Origin: Candidatus Eiseniibacteriota bacterium
GTDB lineage: Bacteria > Eisenbacteria > RBG-16-71-46
Reading direction: 5' to 3'
DNA length: 64,000 nt
NCBI GenBank assembly: GCA_963776245.1
Contig: CAVZLN010000003.1
Span: 96,001-160,000, forward strand
Made by a program: the position numbers and the translations under genes. Numbering within the stretch: position 1 is the stretch's first letter; every line of letters starts with the position of its first letter. The notes below the pieces were generated by a model that saw only the letters and a program-made list of their open reading frames with translations, ran no database searches and was not told where the DNA came from. Positions 1 to 10,759 of the stretch are shown here, one piece after another.

Positions 1-1926
1 CGGCGCATCGCCATCGGCCACCTCGGGCAGGGTGCCCACTCCCATCTCGGAGATCAGGTCGCCGAGCGGCTCGAGGCAGGCGAGCGCGGCCGCGCGATCC
101 CCGTGCACCCGGAAATGGGCGAGCGCGTAGTGGGGCAGCAGCCACGTCCACACCGTGCCCTGGTGGTAGGCGCCGTCCCGCGCGCGCTGGTCGCCGGTGA
201 AGCGCCCGCGATACGCCACCTCGGTGGGTGCGAGGGTGCGCAGCCCATGCGAGGTCACGAGCTGGCGGCCGACCGCGTCGAGCACCGCGCGCCGCCGCGC
301 CGGCGGCAGCGGGCAGTCGGGCAGCGAGAGCGCGAAGATCATGTTGGGGCGCAGCGAAGGGTCCGGCCCCTCGGGGCCGTCGAGCACGTCGTAGAGCGCC
401 TGGGTGTCCTCGTTCCAGTAGCGCGCGAATGACTGCTCGACCCGCCGGGCGAGCCGCGTGTAGGTCTCGGCGGGACGGCCGAGGCGCTCGGCGAAGCGCG
501 CCAGCGTGAGCAGCGCGCCGTGCCACAGCGCGTTCACCTCGACCGGCTTGCCCTGGCGCGGGGTGACGACCAGGCCATCCGCCTTGGCGTCCATCCAGGT
601 GAGCTGGATGCCGGGTTCGCCGGCATCGATCAGCCCGTCGGACTCGTCCATGTGGATGCCGTAGCGCGTGCCGCGCTCGTACCACGCGCACACCTCCTCG
701 AGCGCGGGCATGACCTCGGCGAGGAAGGCGTCGTCGCCGGTGGCGTCGTGATAGGCGCGCACCGCCTGGAACAGCCACAGCGCCGAGTCCACCGAGTTGT
801 AGGCCGGCGGCTCCCCGTGGTCGGGGAAGAAGTTCGGCAGCATGCCGCGGTCGAGGTGGAGCACATAGGTCGCCAGGATCATGCGGGCGATCTCGGGCCG
901 CCCGGTCGCGAGCGTGAGCCCGGGCAGCGCGATCATGGTGTCGCGCCCCCAGTCCCCGAGCCACGGGTAGCCCGCGATCACGGTGCGCCCGTGCGCGGCG
1001 CCCGGCCGCGCGCGTTCGACGATGAACGCGTCGGCCGCGAGCACCAGCGCGCGGATCCACTCCGGGGCCGCCTTCGAGGCCTGCGGCTGCGCCTTGCGCC
1101 AGGCCTCGAGCACGCTCCGGTCGTGGGCACGCCGCCGCGCGAGCGCCCCGGCGAGGGCGAGCACGCCGGCGTTGCCGCGGCCCGCGTCGTGGCGGGTGCT
1201 CGCCACCACGGTGAGCGCCTCGCCCTGGGCGAGCGTGGCGGTGAAGGTGCCGACCAGCAGGTGGTCCTCGAGCGCGTCGAGCCCGCGCTCCTCGTCGAGC
1301 GCGAGCGCGAAGCCGCGGTACCAATCGCTCGCCGGGACGACCTCGGCGCCGCTCGCGAACAGCCACAGCGGGGTCGCGCCCTCGCGCACCACGACCCGCA
1401 GTCCGCCGGCGGCCGGCTCGACCGTGGCCGATCCCTCGCCATGCGGGAGCGTCTGATGCGCGTCGCGGTGGTTCACCAGCGCCTTGAGGCGCAGCGTCAC
1501 GGGCGCGCGCGCCGCGGCGACGCGATATTGCACGTAGGTGGTGTTCTCGCCGTGCTCCATCCACACGCGTTTCTCGAGCCGCGTGTCGCCGATCGCGTAG
1601 GTCCACGCCGGCACGCTCTCCTCGAGCGTGAAGGACTCGAGATGGGCGAGCGCGGGCGCCTGCACCACGGCGCCGGCCCAGCGGTTGACGTCGAGGTCGT
1701 GCGGCACGCCGTCCACCTCGAGCGTCTCGGCCAGCTTGGCGAGCATCAGGGTGCGGCCGGCGGGAGGCTTCAGCGCGGCGATCAGCAGCCCGTGATAGCG
1801 GCGCGCCAGCATGCCGCCGAGGGTGCCGCACGCATAGCCGCCGATGCCGTTGGTGACCAGCCATTCGAGGGCGCCCGCGGTCGCGGGCGACGCGAGGCGG
1901 TCTCTGCCGAATCTGAGCGCGCTCAT
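1..1926 (-). CDS. Glycogen debranching enzyme / amylo-alpha-1,6-glucosidase (3' end runs off the window)
   Basis: Not in the ORF track. Manual translation from ATG 1926: MSALRFGRD...EWLVTNGIGGYACGTLGGMLARRYHGLL, IAGYPWLGDWGRDTMI, AGKPVEVNALW, YHQGTVW, GTLPEVADGDAP. GGAGG RBS upstream. Confidence 0.9.
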   Translation of the reverse strand, partial: MSALRFGRDRLASPATAGALEWLVTNGIGGYACGTLGGMLARRYHGLLIAALKPPAGRTLMLAKLAETLEVDGVPHDLDVNRWAGAVVQAPALAHLESFTLEESVPAWTYAIGDTRLEKRVWMEHGENTTYVQYRVAAARAPVTLRLKALVNHRDAHQTLPHGEGSATVEPAAGGLRVVVREGATPLWLFASGAEVVPASDWYRGFALALDEERGLDALEDHLLVGTFTATLAQGEALTVVASTRHDAGRGNAGVLALAGALARRRAHDRSVLEAWRKAQPQASKAAPEWIRALVLAADAFIVERARPGAAHGRTVIAGYPWLGDWGRDTMIALPGLTLATGRPEIARMILATYVLHLDRGMLPNFFPDHGEPPAYNSVDSALWLFQAVRAYHDATGDDAFLAEVMPALEEVCAWYERGTRYGIHMDESDGLIDAGEPGIQLTWMDAKADGLVVTPRQGKPVEVNALWHGALLTLARFAERLGRPAETYTRLARRVEQSFARYWNEDTQALYDVLDGPEGPDPSLRPNMIFALSLPDCPLPPARRRAVLDAVGRQLVTSHGLRTLAPTEVAYRGRFTGDQRARDGAYHQGTVWTWLLPHYALAHFRVHGDRAAALACLEPLGDLISEMGVGTLPEVADGDAP

Positions 1927-2093
1927 GATCCCTCCCTATGGAGCCCGCGCGCTGCGATCCATCGGGGGTTGTCAGAGCGAGGTGCGGTGCGGCGCGACCC
2001 GGACTCCTCCAAGCGAATCTCGAACCGGACTGTACGCCAATCGGAGGTCACCGAGAAGGCGCACCGCGAGACGCGGGACGGCGGTCATCGAGG

Positions 2094-2185
2094 GCCGCGA
2101 GGTGGGCGGGGCGGGACAGGTCCGGAGGGGTGCGTGTGGGTATTAGCACCCCGGAGGATCTGGCCCGCTCCGCCCGCCTCGTGGC
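2094..2185 (+). repeat. Intergenic long hairpin element, copy 1
   Basis: Imperfect inverted repeat. The 28-nt apex aggggtgcgtgtgggtattagcaccccg (2126-2153) is identical to 45521-45548. Confidence 0.85.
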
Positions 2186-2252
2186 GCGCGCCACGATCCC
2201 GGCCGCCGGCACCAAGTGGCGAAGCCGGATGCGCTAGAATCGCGCCACTCCG

Positions 2253-3275
2253 ATGCCCGGCCCCGACCTGACCCTGACGGACGTGGACTCGCCGCCGTCC
2301 ACCGCGTTCCTCGCCGCGATGCGGGGAGCGCTCGCGGCGCCGCCGCCCGGCGTGGACGCCGAGTTCCCGCACTACTTCAGCGACCTCGCGACCCCCGCGG
2401 GCGCGCGCACCTACCTGCGCCACAAGCGCCAACTGGTCGAGCTGATGGGCGGGGTGCGCGGCCGCACCGTGGTGGACGTGGGCTCGGGATTCGGCGTCAT
2501 CGCCATCCTGCTGGCCTACTGGGGCGCCCGGGCGGTGGTCGCGGTGGACCCGTTCCCGCCACGTCTGGGCTCGCATCGCCGCCTGCTGCGGACCACCTTC
2601 GCCGCGCTCACCGGGGTGTACCCCGCGCGCGGGCGCGCGGACGCGCTGCCGATCGCCAGCGGCGCCGCCGATGTCGTGCTCTCGAACGAGGCGATCTCGC
2701 ACTACTCCGACGTGGAGCGGTTCCTCGACGAAGCCGCGCGCGTGCTGCGGCCGGGCGGCGTGCTGGTGATCTCCGACGGGAACAACGGCGCCAATCCTCG
2801 CATCCGCGCGTTCACCGAGGGACTGTGGGAGCGCTGCGAGAACGGGCCGGGCGGCTGGTACGGCGGGCACCGGCTGGACGTCAGCTTCCGCGACCGGCGC
2901 GAGCGCATCATCCGCGAGCGCTTCCCCGCGCTCGCGCCCGAGCGCGCCCGGGAACTGGCGCTCGCGACCTCGGGGATGGCGCGCGCGCGAATCGAGCAGG
3001 TGGTCGCCGCGCATCTCGCCGGCGGCACCGCCCCGGCGTCGCCCTACCACCCCGGCACGCTGCCGGTGGAGCCGGTGCACGGCGAGGTGATGGAGCGCCT
3101 GTTCGACCCACGCGCGCTGGCGCGCGACCTCGAGCGGCGCGGGTTCGAGGCGCGCGCCATCCCCCACTACGGCGGCGCGCGCGGCGGCTTGGTGGCGCTG
3201 GCGAACGAGGCGCTGCGCCGGCTGCCCACGTTCCGCTTCGCGCGCGGCTTCCGCGTGGTCGCACGCCGCCGTTGA
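2253..3275 (+). CDS. Class I SAM-dependent methyltransferase
   Basis: VVDVGSGFG motif I, ADALP..ADVVLS, ARVLRPGGVLV. Confidence 0.85.
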   Translation: MPGPDLTLTDVDSPPSTAFLAAMRGALAAPPPGVDAEFPHYFSDLATPAGARTYLRHKRQLVELMGGVRGRTVVDVGSGFGVIAILLAYWGARAVVAVDPFPPRLGSHRRLLRTTFAALTGVYPARGRADALPIASGAADVVLSNEAISHYSDVERFLDEAARVLRPGGVLVISDGNNGANPRIRAFTEGLWERCENGPGGWYGGHRLDVSFRDRRERIIRERFPALAPERARELALATSGMARARIEQVVAAHLAGGTAPASPYHPGTLPVEPVHGEVMERLFDPRALARDLERRGFEARAIPHYGGARGGLVALANEALRRLPTFRFARGFRVVARRR

Positions 3276-3300
3276 CGCCCCTGCGGGCCGCGGGTAACGT
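3272..3300 (+). promoter_or_regulatory. sigma70-like promoter for tdk
   Basis: TTGACG-N17-TAACGT, 9 nt before the tdk ATG. Confidence 0.5.
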
Positions 3301-3309
3301 GCGCTCGCC

Positions 3310-3987
3310 ATGTCGGAACCCACCTATCCCTTCCTCCGAGCCGGCTGGATCGAAGTGATCGTCGGCAGCATGTACAGCGGCAAGACGGAGGAGCTCATCC
3401 GCCGGCTGCGCCGCGCCCAGATCGCCCGCCAGCGGGTCGAGATCTTCAAGCCCGGCGTGGACGACCGCTACGCCGTCGACGCCATCGTCTCCCACAGCGA
3501 GCTGCGCATCCCGTCGCGCGCGGTGAAGAGCGCCCGGGAGGTGCTGCGGCACGCCCACGAGGCGCAGGTGATCGGCATCGACGAGGGCCAGTTCCTCGGC
3601 CCCGAGCTGGTCGCGGTGTGCCAGGAGCTCGCGCGGCGCGGCAAGCGGGTGATCGTCGCGGGACTCGACCAGGACTACCTCGGGCAGCCGTTCGAGCCGA
3701 TGCCCCAGCTGCTCGCGGTGGCGGAGTACATCACCAAGACGCTCGCCATCTGCGTGGTGTGCGGCGAGCCGGCGAACCGCACCTACCGCAAGGTGCAGAA
3801 GCGCGGGCGCGTGGTGGTGGGCGGCGCCGAACTCTACGAGGCCCGCTGCCGGCGCTGCCACGCGCTCGGCCGGCGCGCGAAGCCTCCCCAGACCCCTGAC
3901 TTCGGAGGTTCCAGTGTCGTTCCGTCGGATCGTCCACGCCGTCCTCGCGCTCGCGCTGCCGCTGGTCCTCGTCGCCGGGTGCGGTAA
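3310..3987 (+). CDS. tdk: Thymidine kinase (true stop may be TGA 3897-3899 if one base is missing)
   Basis: [34 protein letters not shown] and YEARCRRCH zinc site. Confidence 0.95.
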   Translation: MSEPTYPFLRAGWIEVIVGSMYSGKTEELIRRLRRAQIARQRVEIFKPGVDDRYAVDAIVSHSELRIPSRAVKSAREVLRHAHEAQVIGIDEGQFLGPELVAVCQELARRGKRVIVAGLDQDYLGQPFEPMPQLLAVAEYITKTLAICVVCGEPANRTYRKVQKRGRVVVGGAELYEARCRRCHALGRRAKPPQTPDFGGSSVVPSDRPRRPRARAAAGPRRRVR

Positions 3988-4948
3988 GCGCGCCGAGCCG
4001 TCGAAGTCCGCCGCCGCGACGCCGGGCGGTCCCCGCATCGGGCTGGTGTTCGACGTCGGCGGCCGCGGCGACAAGTCCTTCAACGACGCCGCGTACGCCG
4101 GCCTGGAGCGCGCCAAGGCCGAGCTCGGCATCGACTTCGTCACGCTCGAGACCGGCGAGGGCACCGACCGCGAGGCCGCGATGCGCCAGCTCGCCGCTGG
4201 CGGCTCGGCGCTGGTGTTCGGCGTCGGCTTCCTGTTCTCCGACGACATCAAGTCGCTGGCCCGCGAGTTCCCGGCCGTGAAGTTCGCGTGCGTGGACTTC
4301 ACCCTGACCGAGGGCGAGACGCTGCCGCCCAACCTGGTGGCGCTCAAGTTCAAGGAGGAGGAGGGCTCCTACCTGGTGGGCGCGCTCGCGGCCCTGCTGA
4401 GCAAGACGCACACGCTGGGCTTCGTCGGCGGCATGGAGATCCCGCTCATCAAGAAGTTCGAGGCCGGCTACGTCGCGGGCGTGAAGGCGATCGATCCCAA
4501 AGCCCGGGTGCTGATCAAGTACGCCGGCACCAGCGGCGCCGCGTTCAAGGACCCCACCAAGGGCAAGGAACTGGCGCTCGCCGAGTACCACGCCGGCGCC
4601 GACATCATCTTCCACGCCTCGGGCTCCACCGGACTGGGCGTGTTCGAGGCCGCGCGCGAGCTGAAGAAGCTCGCCATCGGCGTGGACTCCGACCAGTACG
4701 ACGAGGCGCCCGGCGTGGTGCTCACCTCGATGATCAAGCGCGTGGACACCGCGGTGTTCGACACCATCCGCGAACTGCGCGACGGCAAGTGGAGCGGTGG
4801 CGTGCGTCAGTTCGGCCTCGCCGAGCACGGCGTGGGATGGGTGTACGACGCCCGCAACAAGCCCCAGATCCCGGACCGCGTGAAGACCGTGGTGGACTCG
4901 CTCGAAGCCGACATCATCGCCGGCAACATCAGCGTCCCGTACCAGTAG
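3914..4948 (+). CDS. BMP/PnrA-family nucleoside ABC transporter substrate-binding lipoprotein
   Basis: Lipobox [40 protein letters not shown]. Confidence 0.92.
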   Translation: MSFRRIVHAVLALALPLVLVAGCGKRAEPSKSAAATPGGPRIGLVFDVGGRGDKSFNDAAYAGLERAKAELGIDFVTLETGEGTDREAAMRQLAAGGSALVFGVGFLFSDDIKSLAREFPAVKFACVDFTLTEGETLPPNLVALKFKEEEGSYLVGALAALLSKTHTLGFVGGMEIPLIKKFEAGYVAGVKAIDPKARVLIKYAGTSGAAFKDPTKGKELALAEYHAGADIIFHASGSTGLGVFEAARELKKLAIGVDSDQYDEAPGVVLTSMIKRVDTAVFDTIRELRDGKWSGGVRQFGLAEHGVGWVYDARNKPQIPDRVKTVVDSLEADIIAGNISVPYQ

Positions 4949-4964
4949 CCGGGCCGGGTCCGCG

Positions 4965-5918
4965 ATGAGCGCCAGCGCCTGGAGCGAACCGGTAGCGCGT
5001 GTGCGCGTGCGCCGCAGCGCGGTGTTCGCGATGAACACCACCCTCCTGCTCGACCCCGAGCACGCGGTGGTGGTGGACCCCGGCGTGCTCCCGTCCGAAC
5101 TGGACGACCTCGCGGCCGCGGTGAGCGGAGCGGGCGCCGCCGCGGTGACGCTGGTGTTCACCCACGCGCACTGGGACCACGTGCTCGGACGGCCGTGGTG
5201 GCCGGCCGCGCGCACCCTGGCGCACGATCGGTTCGCCGCCGAGGTGAAGCGCGATGCCGCGGCCATCCGCGTGGCGGCGGAAGCTTGCGCCACCGGGCAC
5301 GGCGCGCGTTTCGCGAAGGCCTTCGAGCCGTTCGCGCCCGACGACGCCGTCGCCGGCCTGCACTTCCACCCGCTGCGGCCGTGGCGGCTGGTGTTCCGTG
5401 ACGCCTTCGGCCACTGCCCGAGCCAGGTGAGCGTGCATCTGCCGGACCACCGCGTGCTGATCGCCGCCGACATGCTCTCGGACCTCGAGGTGCCGATCCT
5501 CGACGGGCCGCCCGCGGCCTACGCGCACACGCTCGAGGCACTGCTCCCGCTGGTGGACGGCGGCGCCATCCAGACCCTGGTGCCGGGCCACGGCGCGGTG
5601 GCGCAGGGAGTGGCCGCGGTGCGCGCGCGCTTCGCGTGCGACCTCGACTACCTGCGCGAGCTGGCCGCGCGGGCGCAGGCCGCGCGGGCCGCGCGCCTCT
5701 CCGAGGACGACGCGGTGGCGGCGCTCGAGGCGATGGAGTACGTCGGCAAGCGGGCGGCGTACTCGATGACCGACTACCACCGCGCCAACGCGCGCTTCGC
5801 CTGGCGCGCGGCCGGCGGTGGGAAGCCGGGCGCGGCCCGTGGCGGCAAGCCGCCGGCGACCGGCGGCATGAAGCCGAAGCCGGCCGGCGGCGCGAAGCCG
5901 CACGGTCCACGGCGATGA
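4965..5918 (+). CDS. MBL-fold metallo-hydrolase
   Basis: THAHWDH, GHC, ADML, VPGHG; low-complexity GGKP-repeat tail. Confidence 0.85.
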   Translation: MSASAWSEPVARVRVRRSAVFAMNTTLLLDPEHAVVVDPGVLPSELDDLAAAVSGAGAAAVTLVFTHAHWDHVLGRPWWPAARTLAHDRFAAEVKRDAAAIRVAAEACATGHGARFAKAFEPFAPDDAVAGLHFHPLRPWRLVFRDAFGHCPSQVSVHLPDHRVLIAADMLSDLEVPILDGPPAAYAHTLEALLPLVDGGAIQTLVPGHGAVAQGVAAVRARFACDLDYLRELAARAQAARAARLSEDDAVAALEAMEYVGKRAAYSMTDYHRANARFAWRAAGGGKPGAARGGKPPATGGMKPKPAGGAKPHGPRR

Positions 5919-7093
5919 TCGACCCCAAGGCGCTCCACCGCCGGATCGAGCACGCGCTCGACGGACTGCCGAACGACGGCTCGCTGGCGCGCTTCGCCTC
6001 CGCTCTCGCGCCGCGCGTGCTCGAGCAGCTCGGCCCGGCGCTGGGCGTGGCGGCCGCGCACGTCTACCGCCGGGACGACGGCACGCTGACGCTGGTGAAG
6101 CGCTGCGGCGAGGGGCGGCCCGACCTCGCGCGCGAGCTGGCGCGCCGCCTCGAGGGCGAGGGCGAGGAGCGCATCGCCGACCTGCCGTGGACCGGCGAGC
6201 ACGGTCCCGGGCACCTCGCCCTGGTGCCGGTGGGCGAGGACACGCGCACCCTGCTCGCCCTGTTCGGCGCGCCGCCCGGCGGCCTCGCCGGCGTGCCCAC
6301 GCGCGCGCAGCTCGCGTCGGCGGTGGCGGCGCTCCACTACGCCATCGCGCAGCACCTGCGCCGCCGCGAGCTCGAGGACCTGTTCGCGCAGGCGCGCGCC
6401 ATCCAGTTGAGCCTGCTGCCGGTGGCGCCCCCGACGTTCGGCAACTTCGACATCGCCGCCGCCAGCACCCCCGCGAGCGCGGTGGGCGGCGACTACTTCG
6501 ACTTCCTCGAGATCGACGCCGACTCGCTCGGCCTCGCGGTGGCCGACGCCTCGGGCCACGGGCTCCCGGCGGCGCTCCAGGCGCGCGACGTCGCGACCGG
6601 CCTGCGCATGGGCGTGGAGCGCGACCTCAAGATCACGCGCGTGATCGAGAAGCTCAACCGCGTCATCCATCGCAGCGGCCTGACCACGCGGTTCATCTCG
6701 CTGGTCTACGGCGAGCTGCATGCCAACGGCAACTTCCTCTACATCAACGCCGGCCACCCACCGCCCCAGCTGCTCGGCGATCACGGCTTCCACGACCTGA
6801 GCATGGGAGGGCTGCTGCTCGGCCCCGACGCGCACGCCACCTACAAGCTCGGCTTCGCCCACATGGATCGCGGCGGCGCGCTGGCGCTGTTCAGCGACGG
6901 CGTGATCGAGCGCGGCATCGAGCGGGGCGACGAGGGCTTCGGCCAGGAGCGGGTGCGCGCGTGGATGGCGGACTGGCGCGAGGGCCCGGCGCAGGACGCG
7001 GTCGCCGACCTGATGAAGCGCCTCGCCGCCTACGGCGACGGCGGCCCGTTCGAGGACGACGTCACCGTGATGTTCGTGCGCCGCCCGCGCTGA
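5915..7093 (+). CDS. PP2C/SpoIIE (RsbU-like) phosphatase
   Basis: ATGA overlap with the upstream gene; VGGDYFD, ADASGHG, NAGHPP, FSDGV, EDDVT. Confidence 0.9.
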   Translation: MIDPKALHRRIEHALDGLPNDGSLARFASALAPRVLEQLGPALGVAAAHVYRRDDGTLTLVKRCGEGRPDLARELARRLEGEGEERIADLPWTGEHGPGHLALVPVGEDTRTLLALFGAPPGGLAGVPTRAQLASAVAALHYAIAQHLRRRELEDLFAQARAIQLSLLPVAPPTFGNFDIAAASTPASAVGGDYFDFLEIDADSLGLAVADASGHGLPAALQARDVATGLRMGVERDLKITRVIEKLNRVIHRSGLTTRFISLVYGELHANGNFLYINAGHPPPQLLGDHGFHDLSMGGLLLGPDAHATYKLGFAHMDRGGALALFSDGVIERGIERGDEGFGQERVRAWMADWREGPAQDAVADLMKRLAAYGDGGPFEDDVTVMFVRRPR

Positions 7094-7129
7094 CCGGCGG
7101 GGCGGCCGACCCGCCGCCGGCCATCCGCC

Positions 7130-8515
7130 TCACCGCCCCCGGTGCCCTGCCTCCGTGGGCGCCGCCGCGCGCAGGCCTGCGGTCACGGCCTCGAGGTCGA
7201 GCCCGAGCAGCGCGGCGATGTCCTGGGCGATCTCGGTGTTGTCGTGGAGCCCGATGAAGCGCTCGCGCCCGGGACCCGAGGCGTAGAGCCCGACATCGGC
7301 GGCGGTGTGGGAGTTGGTGGCCCAGCCCACCCGCGCGCGGCGGCTGACGATCTCGCCGATGCCCCACTCGAGCGCGCGCCGCTCGGCGATGCCATCGGCG
7401 AGCCACTGGCGCTCGTCGGCGCCCAGGCTGTCCACGCCGGCGTACTCGCGCATCAGCGCCGCGGGGTCCTCCCCGGCGCGCATGCGGCGGGCGATCCAGA
7501 TGGCGGACTTGCGCACCCGCGCCAGCGCCTCCGGCCGCAGGTCATCGAGGCTCTCGTCGCCGATGCGCCGCCCCAGCGTGAGCCCGCCGGTCTCGTGATC
7601 GGAGACCGAGAGCACGAGCGTATGGCCGTCGCGGCGCGCGAAGTCGAGTGCGGCCTGCACCGCGGCGTCGTACTCGAGCACTTCGCGCACCGTGGCCGCC
7701 ACGTCGTTGTCGTGCGCGGCGTGGTCGATGCGACTGCCCTCGATCATCACGAAGAACCCGCGCGGCGCGCGTGCCAGGTGGGCGAGCGCCGCCTCGGTCA
7801 TGTCCCTCAGCGACGGCTGCGCGGTGGAGTCGGCGTCGAGCGCGAAGTCCAGGTGGTCCATCGCGAACAGGCCGAGCAGCGGGCCCGCCCCGGCGCGCGC
7901 GAGACCCTCGCGGTCCACCACCACCTGCACGCCGCGGGCGCGCGCGTCGGCCAGCAGGTCGCGGCCGTCCCGGCGCAGCCCGCCCGCCGCCCGCGGCACG
8001 AAGCGCGATCGCCCGCCGCCCAGCATGACCTCGACGCCGTGGGCCAGCATCTGCTCGGCGATCGCGTCCTCGGAGGTGCGCTGGTCCACGTGCGCGGCGA
8101 ACGCCGCGGGCGTGGCGTGGGTGATGCGGCTGGTGGCGACAAGGCCGGTGGCGAGCCCGCGCGCCGCGGCCCCCTCGAGCAGCGTGCCGAGCGCGCGGTG
8201 GAGCGTGTCCTCGCTGATGCCGCCGTTGTACGTCTTGTGCCCGGTCGCGTACGCGGTGGCGCTGGCCGCCGAGTCGGTGACGCGCGCGTCGCCCGAGCGC
8301 GTGGTGATCGCGCCCACCAGCATGCCGTCGAGCGCCAGCGGATGGCCCGCCACCATGCGCGCGAGCGCGAGGGTCTGGGGCCCGCAGCCATCCGCGATCA
8401 TGAGGATGACGCTGCGCGGCCGCGGCCCGTTCGGCGCGGCCCCGGCGGGCAGCGCGCGCGCCGCGAGCGGAACGGCGACGAACGCGAAGAGGAGGAACGT
8501 GCGAAGGAAGGACAT
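7130..8515 (-). CDS. phoA: Alkaline phosphatase
   Basis: Signal peptide; ILMIADG, VTDSAAS (catalytic Ser), THATPAAF, IEGSRIDHAAH, SDHETGG, HTAADV. Confidence 0.92.
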   Translation of the reverse strand: MSFLRTFLLFAFVAVPLAARALPAGAAPNGPRPRSVILMIADGCGPQTLALARMVAGHPLALDGMLVGAITTRSGDARVTDSAASATAYATGHKTYNGGISEDTLHRALGTLLEGAAARGLATGLVATSRITHATPAAFAAHVDQRTSEDAIAEQMLAHGVEVMLGGGRSRFVPRAAGGLRRDGRDLLADARARGVQVVVDREGLARAGAGPLLGLFAMDHLDFALDADSTAQPSLRDMTEAALAHLARAPRGFFVMIEGSRIDHAAHDNDVAATVREVLEYDAAVQAALDFARRDGHTLVLSVSDHETGGLTLGRRIGDESLDDLRPEALARVRKSAIWIARRMRAGEDPAALMREYAGVDSLGADERQWLADGIAERRALEWGIGEIVSRRARVGWATNSHTAADVGLYASGPGRERFIGLHDNTEIAQDIAALLGLDLEAVTAGLRAAAPTEAGHRGR

Positions 8516-8671
8516 CGAGCGCCTCGGCCTGGCAAGGGAAGGCGCTCAGGATGCGTGAAACCCAAGCTTGGTTCAAGGCGCCGCGGGGGCTCTGTAGGGT
8601 CTCTCAGGCGCCGCGGGCCGAGTGCGCGGTGCGGTGCCGTCCGAGGAGCGGCCGCGCGTCGGGGCGCCGGG

Positions 8672-10759
8672 CTAGAAAGTGGCCCTGACTGGCTCGGTGT
8701 AGATCAGCCCGCGTTCGTAGCGCCCCATCCGCAGGCGGATCCGCGCCGCCAGTGAGTCCTCACCCGCCGCGACCGCGAGTTCCAGCGCCTTCGTGGCACT
8801 CGCGCGCGCCTGGTCGAAGCGCCCCGTCGCCGCTTCGGCCGCCGCGCGGGTGTCGAACGTGTCGGCCTCGCGTTCCGAGGTCAATTCGACGACGCGGTTC
8901 GCGAGCCGCAGCGCCTCCTCCCCGTCGCGCAGCCGGGCATCCGGATGCGTGGCCAGCAGCCAGGCCAGCGTGTTCATCAGCGCCGGCCAATCGGGCTTCA
9001 GCCGCAGGACCTGTCGGAAGCCCTCGATCGCTTCGGCATCGTGACCCCCGGTCTTCAGCAATGCCATGGCCAGGCCCAGCCGCGCACCGACGTGGGCCGG
9101 CGCGAGCGTCGCGGCACGTCGCATCCACTCCAGCGACTCGGCGGTGCGACCCTGCTCGGCGCGCAAGATCCCCAGCTCGACCAGGGACTCGACGTGGTCG
9201 GGCCTGAGGCCGAGCGCGCGCTCGTAGTGCGCCGCGGCGGAGTCGCCTTTCCCGGCCTTGTGAGCCGCCAGGCCGAGCTTGTAGGGAACGTCGGGATTCG
9301 AGGGCGCGAGCACCTCCGCGCGGCGGAGGTACGGGTTCGCCTCGTCCAACCGCCCCAGGAAGATGAGAGCCGTGCCGAGGTTGATCTGGCTGGAGACGAA
9401 GCCCGCGTCCGCGTCGAGCGCGCGACGGAACTCGCCCGCCGCCGCCTCGTAGGACGACTGACGTCCGTAGGCCATGCCCAGCCCGTTGTGCGCCGTCGGC
9501 TCACCCGGTGCGATCGCGACGGCATTGCGCCACAGCGTCACCGAGTCCGTCCATGGCCGCAGCGCGATGCGCGTCGCGCGCGCCTCGGCGACCGACACCA
9601 GAAGCGCGCACGCGGCGATGGCGAACCGTCGCGAGCGGGAAGGCCGCTCCCACAGGACGGTCAGCCCCCACCCCAGGGCCAGCACCGGCCCCAGCGCGGG
9701 CAGGTAGAAATAGCGGTCCCACGCGATGGTCCGGCTCCAGGCCAGGACGCCGAAGGTCGGAGCCAGCGCGAGGAGCATGAACAGCCATCCCACCCATGCC
9801 CCCGGCAGCCGCTTGCGGGCGGCGAACAGGCCTGCCGAGAGTGCGCCCGCGACCAGGCAACTGATGAGCACGGCCGGATTGGAGAGCGAGAATGGATCCG
9901 GCGGCGCGTACACCACCGACAGATTCGCGGGCCAGAGGGCCTTGCCGAGGTAGAACACCGGCAGGTAGCCGATGCGCAGGGCCCACCCGAGAGCCGAGAG
10001 CGGGACGCGCATGATCACGTCGGTGTTGGTCAGGGACAGCACGGAGATGACTCCGGAGACCCCCGCCACCAGGTAGTACGGCCACTTCTCGACGACCGTC
10101 CCGAAGCGCAGCCGCTTCAGGGGCCAGAGGTCGAGGAGCAGCAGCAGGAACGGCAGGCTCGTCACCGAGGGCTTCGACATCAGCGCGAGCACGAACAGTG
10201 CGACTGACGCGGCCAGCCACGCGTGGATCCGGCGGCGGGTGTACTCGACATACGCGATCATCGACGCCACTCCGAACAGGGCGGCGAGCAGCGTCTTGCG
10301 TTCCGAGATCCAGGCCACTGGTTCGACCGTCAGCGGGTGCAGCCCGAAGGCCAGCGCCGCAAGGCCGGCTGGGATTGCCGAGCCGAACAGGCGCCACAGA
10401 AAGAGGAAGATCAGCAGCGTGGTGACGAGATGCAGGGCGAGGCTCGTCCGGTGGAAGATGCGAGGCTGATCCGTGCGGCCGCCCCACGCATGGTCCAGCA
10501 TCAGCGAGGTCATCGACACGGGAAGGTAGTAGCCCGGGACCGTCGAGGGATGCAGGACTTCCGCGAAGAACCGGTGCGCGGAGTCCCAGCTCGGGTTCGT
10601 GACCAGACGGTTGTTGGCGACGAAGCTGACGTCGTCCGCCGAAACCGCCCGAGCCTTGAGCACAGGCCCATGCACCACGGCGATCGAGAGGCCGATCACG
10701 ACCGCTGCCCACCCGACGAGGTGCCAGGATCGGTCGCCGGGAACGCGCCCGCGGGTCAT
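8672..10759 (-). CDS. TMTC-like GT-C membrane glycosyltransferase with C-terminal TPR repeats
   Basis: DD motif (ADDVSFVANN), YYLPV, LHPLTVEPVAWISERK, LALMSKP, WDRYFYLP, then several TPRs. ATG 10759 overlaps the stop of the upstream gene. Confidence 0.8.
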   Translation of the reverse strand: MTRGRVPGDRSWHLVGWAAVVIGLSIAVVHGPVLKARAVSADDVSFVANNRLVTNPSWDSAHRFFAEVLHPSTVPGYYLPVSMTSLMLDHAWGGRTDQPRIFHRTSLALHLVTTLLIFLFLWRLFGSAIPAGLAALAFGLHPLTVEPVAWISERKTLLAALFGVASMIAYVEYTRRRIHAWLAASVALFVLALMSKPSVTSLPFLLLLLDLWPLKRLRFGTVVEKWPYYLVAGVSGVISVLSLTNTDVIMRVPLSALGWALRIGYLPVFYLGKALWPANLSVVYAPPDPFSLSNPAVLISCLVAGALSAGLFAARKRLPGAWVGWLFMLLALAPTFGVLAWSRTIAWDRYFYLPALGPVLALGWGLTVLWERPSRSRRFAIAACALLVSVAEARATRIALRPWTDSVTLWRNAVAIAPGEPTAHNGLGMAYGRQSSYEAAAGEFRRALDADAGFVSSQINLGTALIFLGRLDEANPYLRRAEVLAPSNPDVPYKLGLAAHKAGKGDSAAAHYERALGLRPDHVESLVELGILRAEQGRTAESLEWMRRAATLAPAHVGARLGLAMALLKTGGHDAEAIEGFRQVLRLKPDWPALMNTLAWLLATHPDARLRDGEEALRLANRVVELTSEREADTFDTRAAAEAATGRFDQARASATKALELAVAAGEDSLAARIRLRMGRYERGLIYTEPVRATF

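Noticed and set aside
3900..3987. Long tdk overlap with the lipoprotein gene
   Set aside because: A TGA one base out of frame at 3897, just before the next RBS, suggests an indel error.
8552..8620. Pho box or operator upstream of phoA
   Set aside because: A short palindrome and an aggcgccgcggg direct repeat are present, but they do not match a Pho-box consensus; too weak to call.
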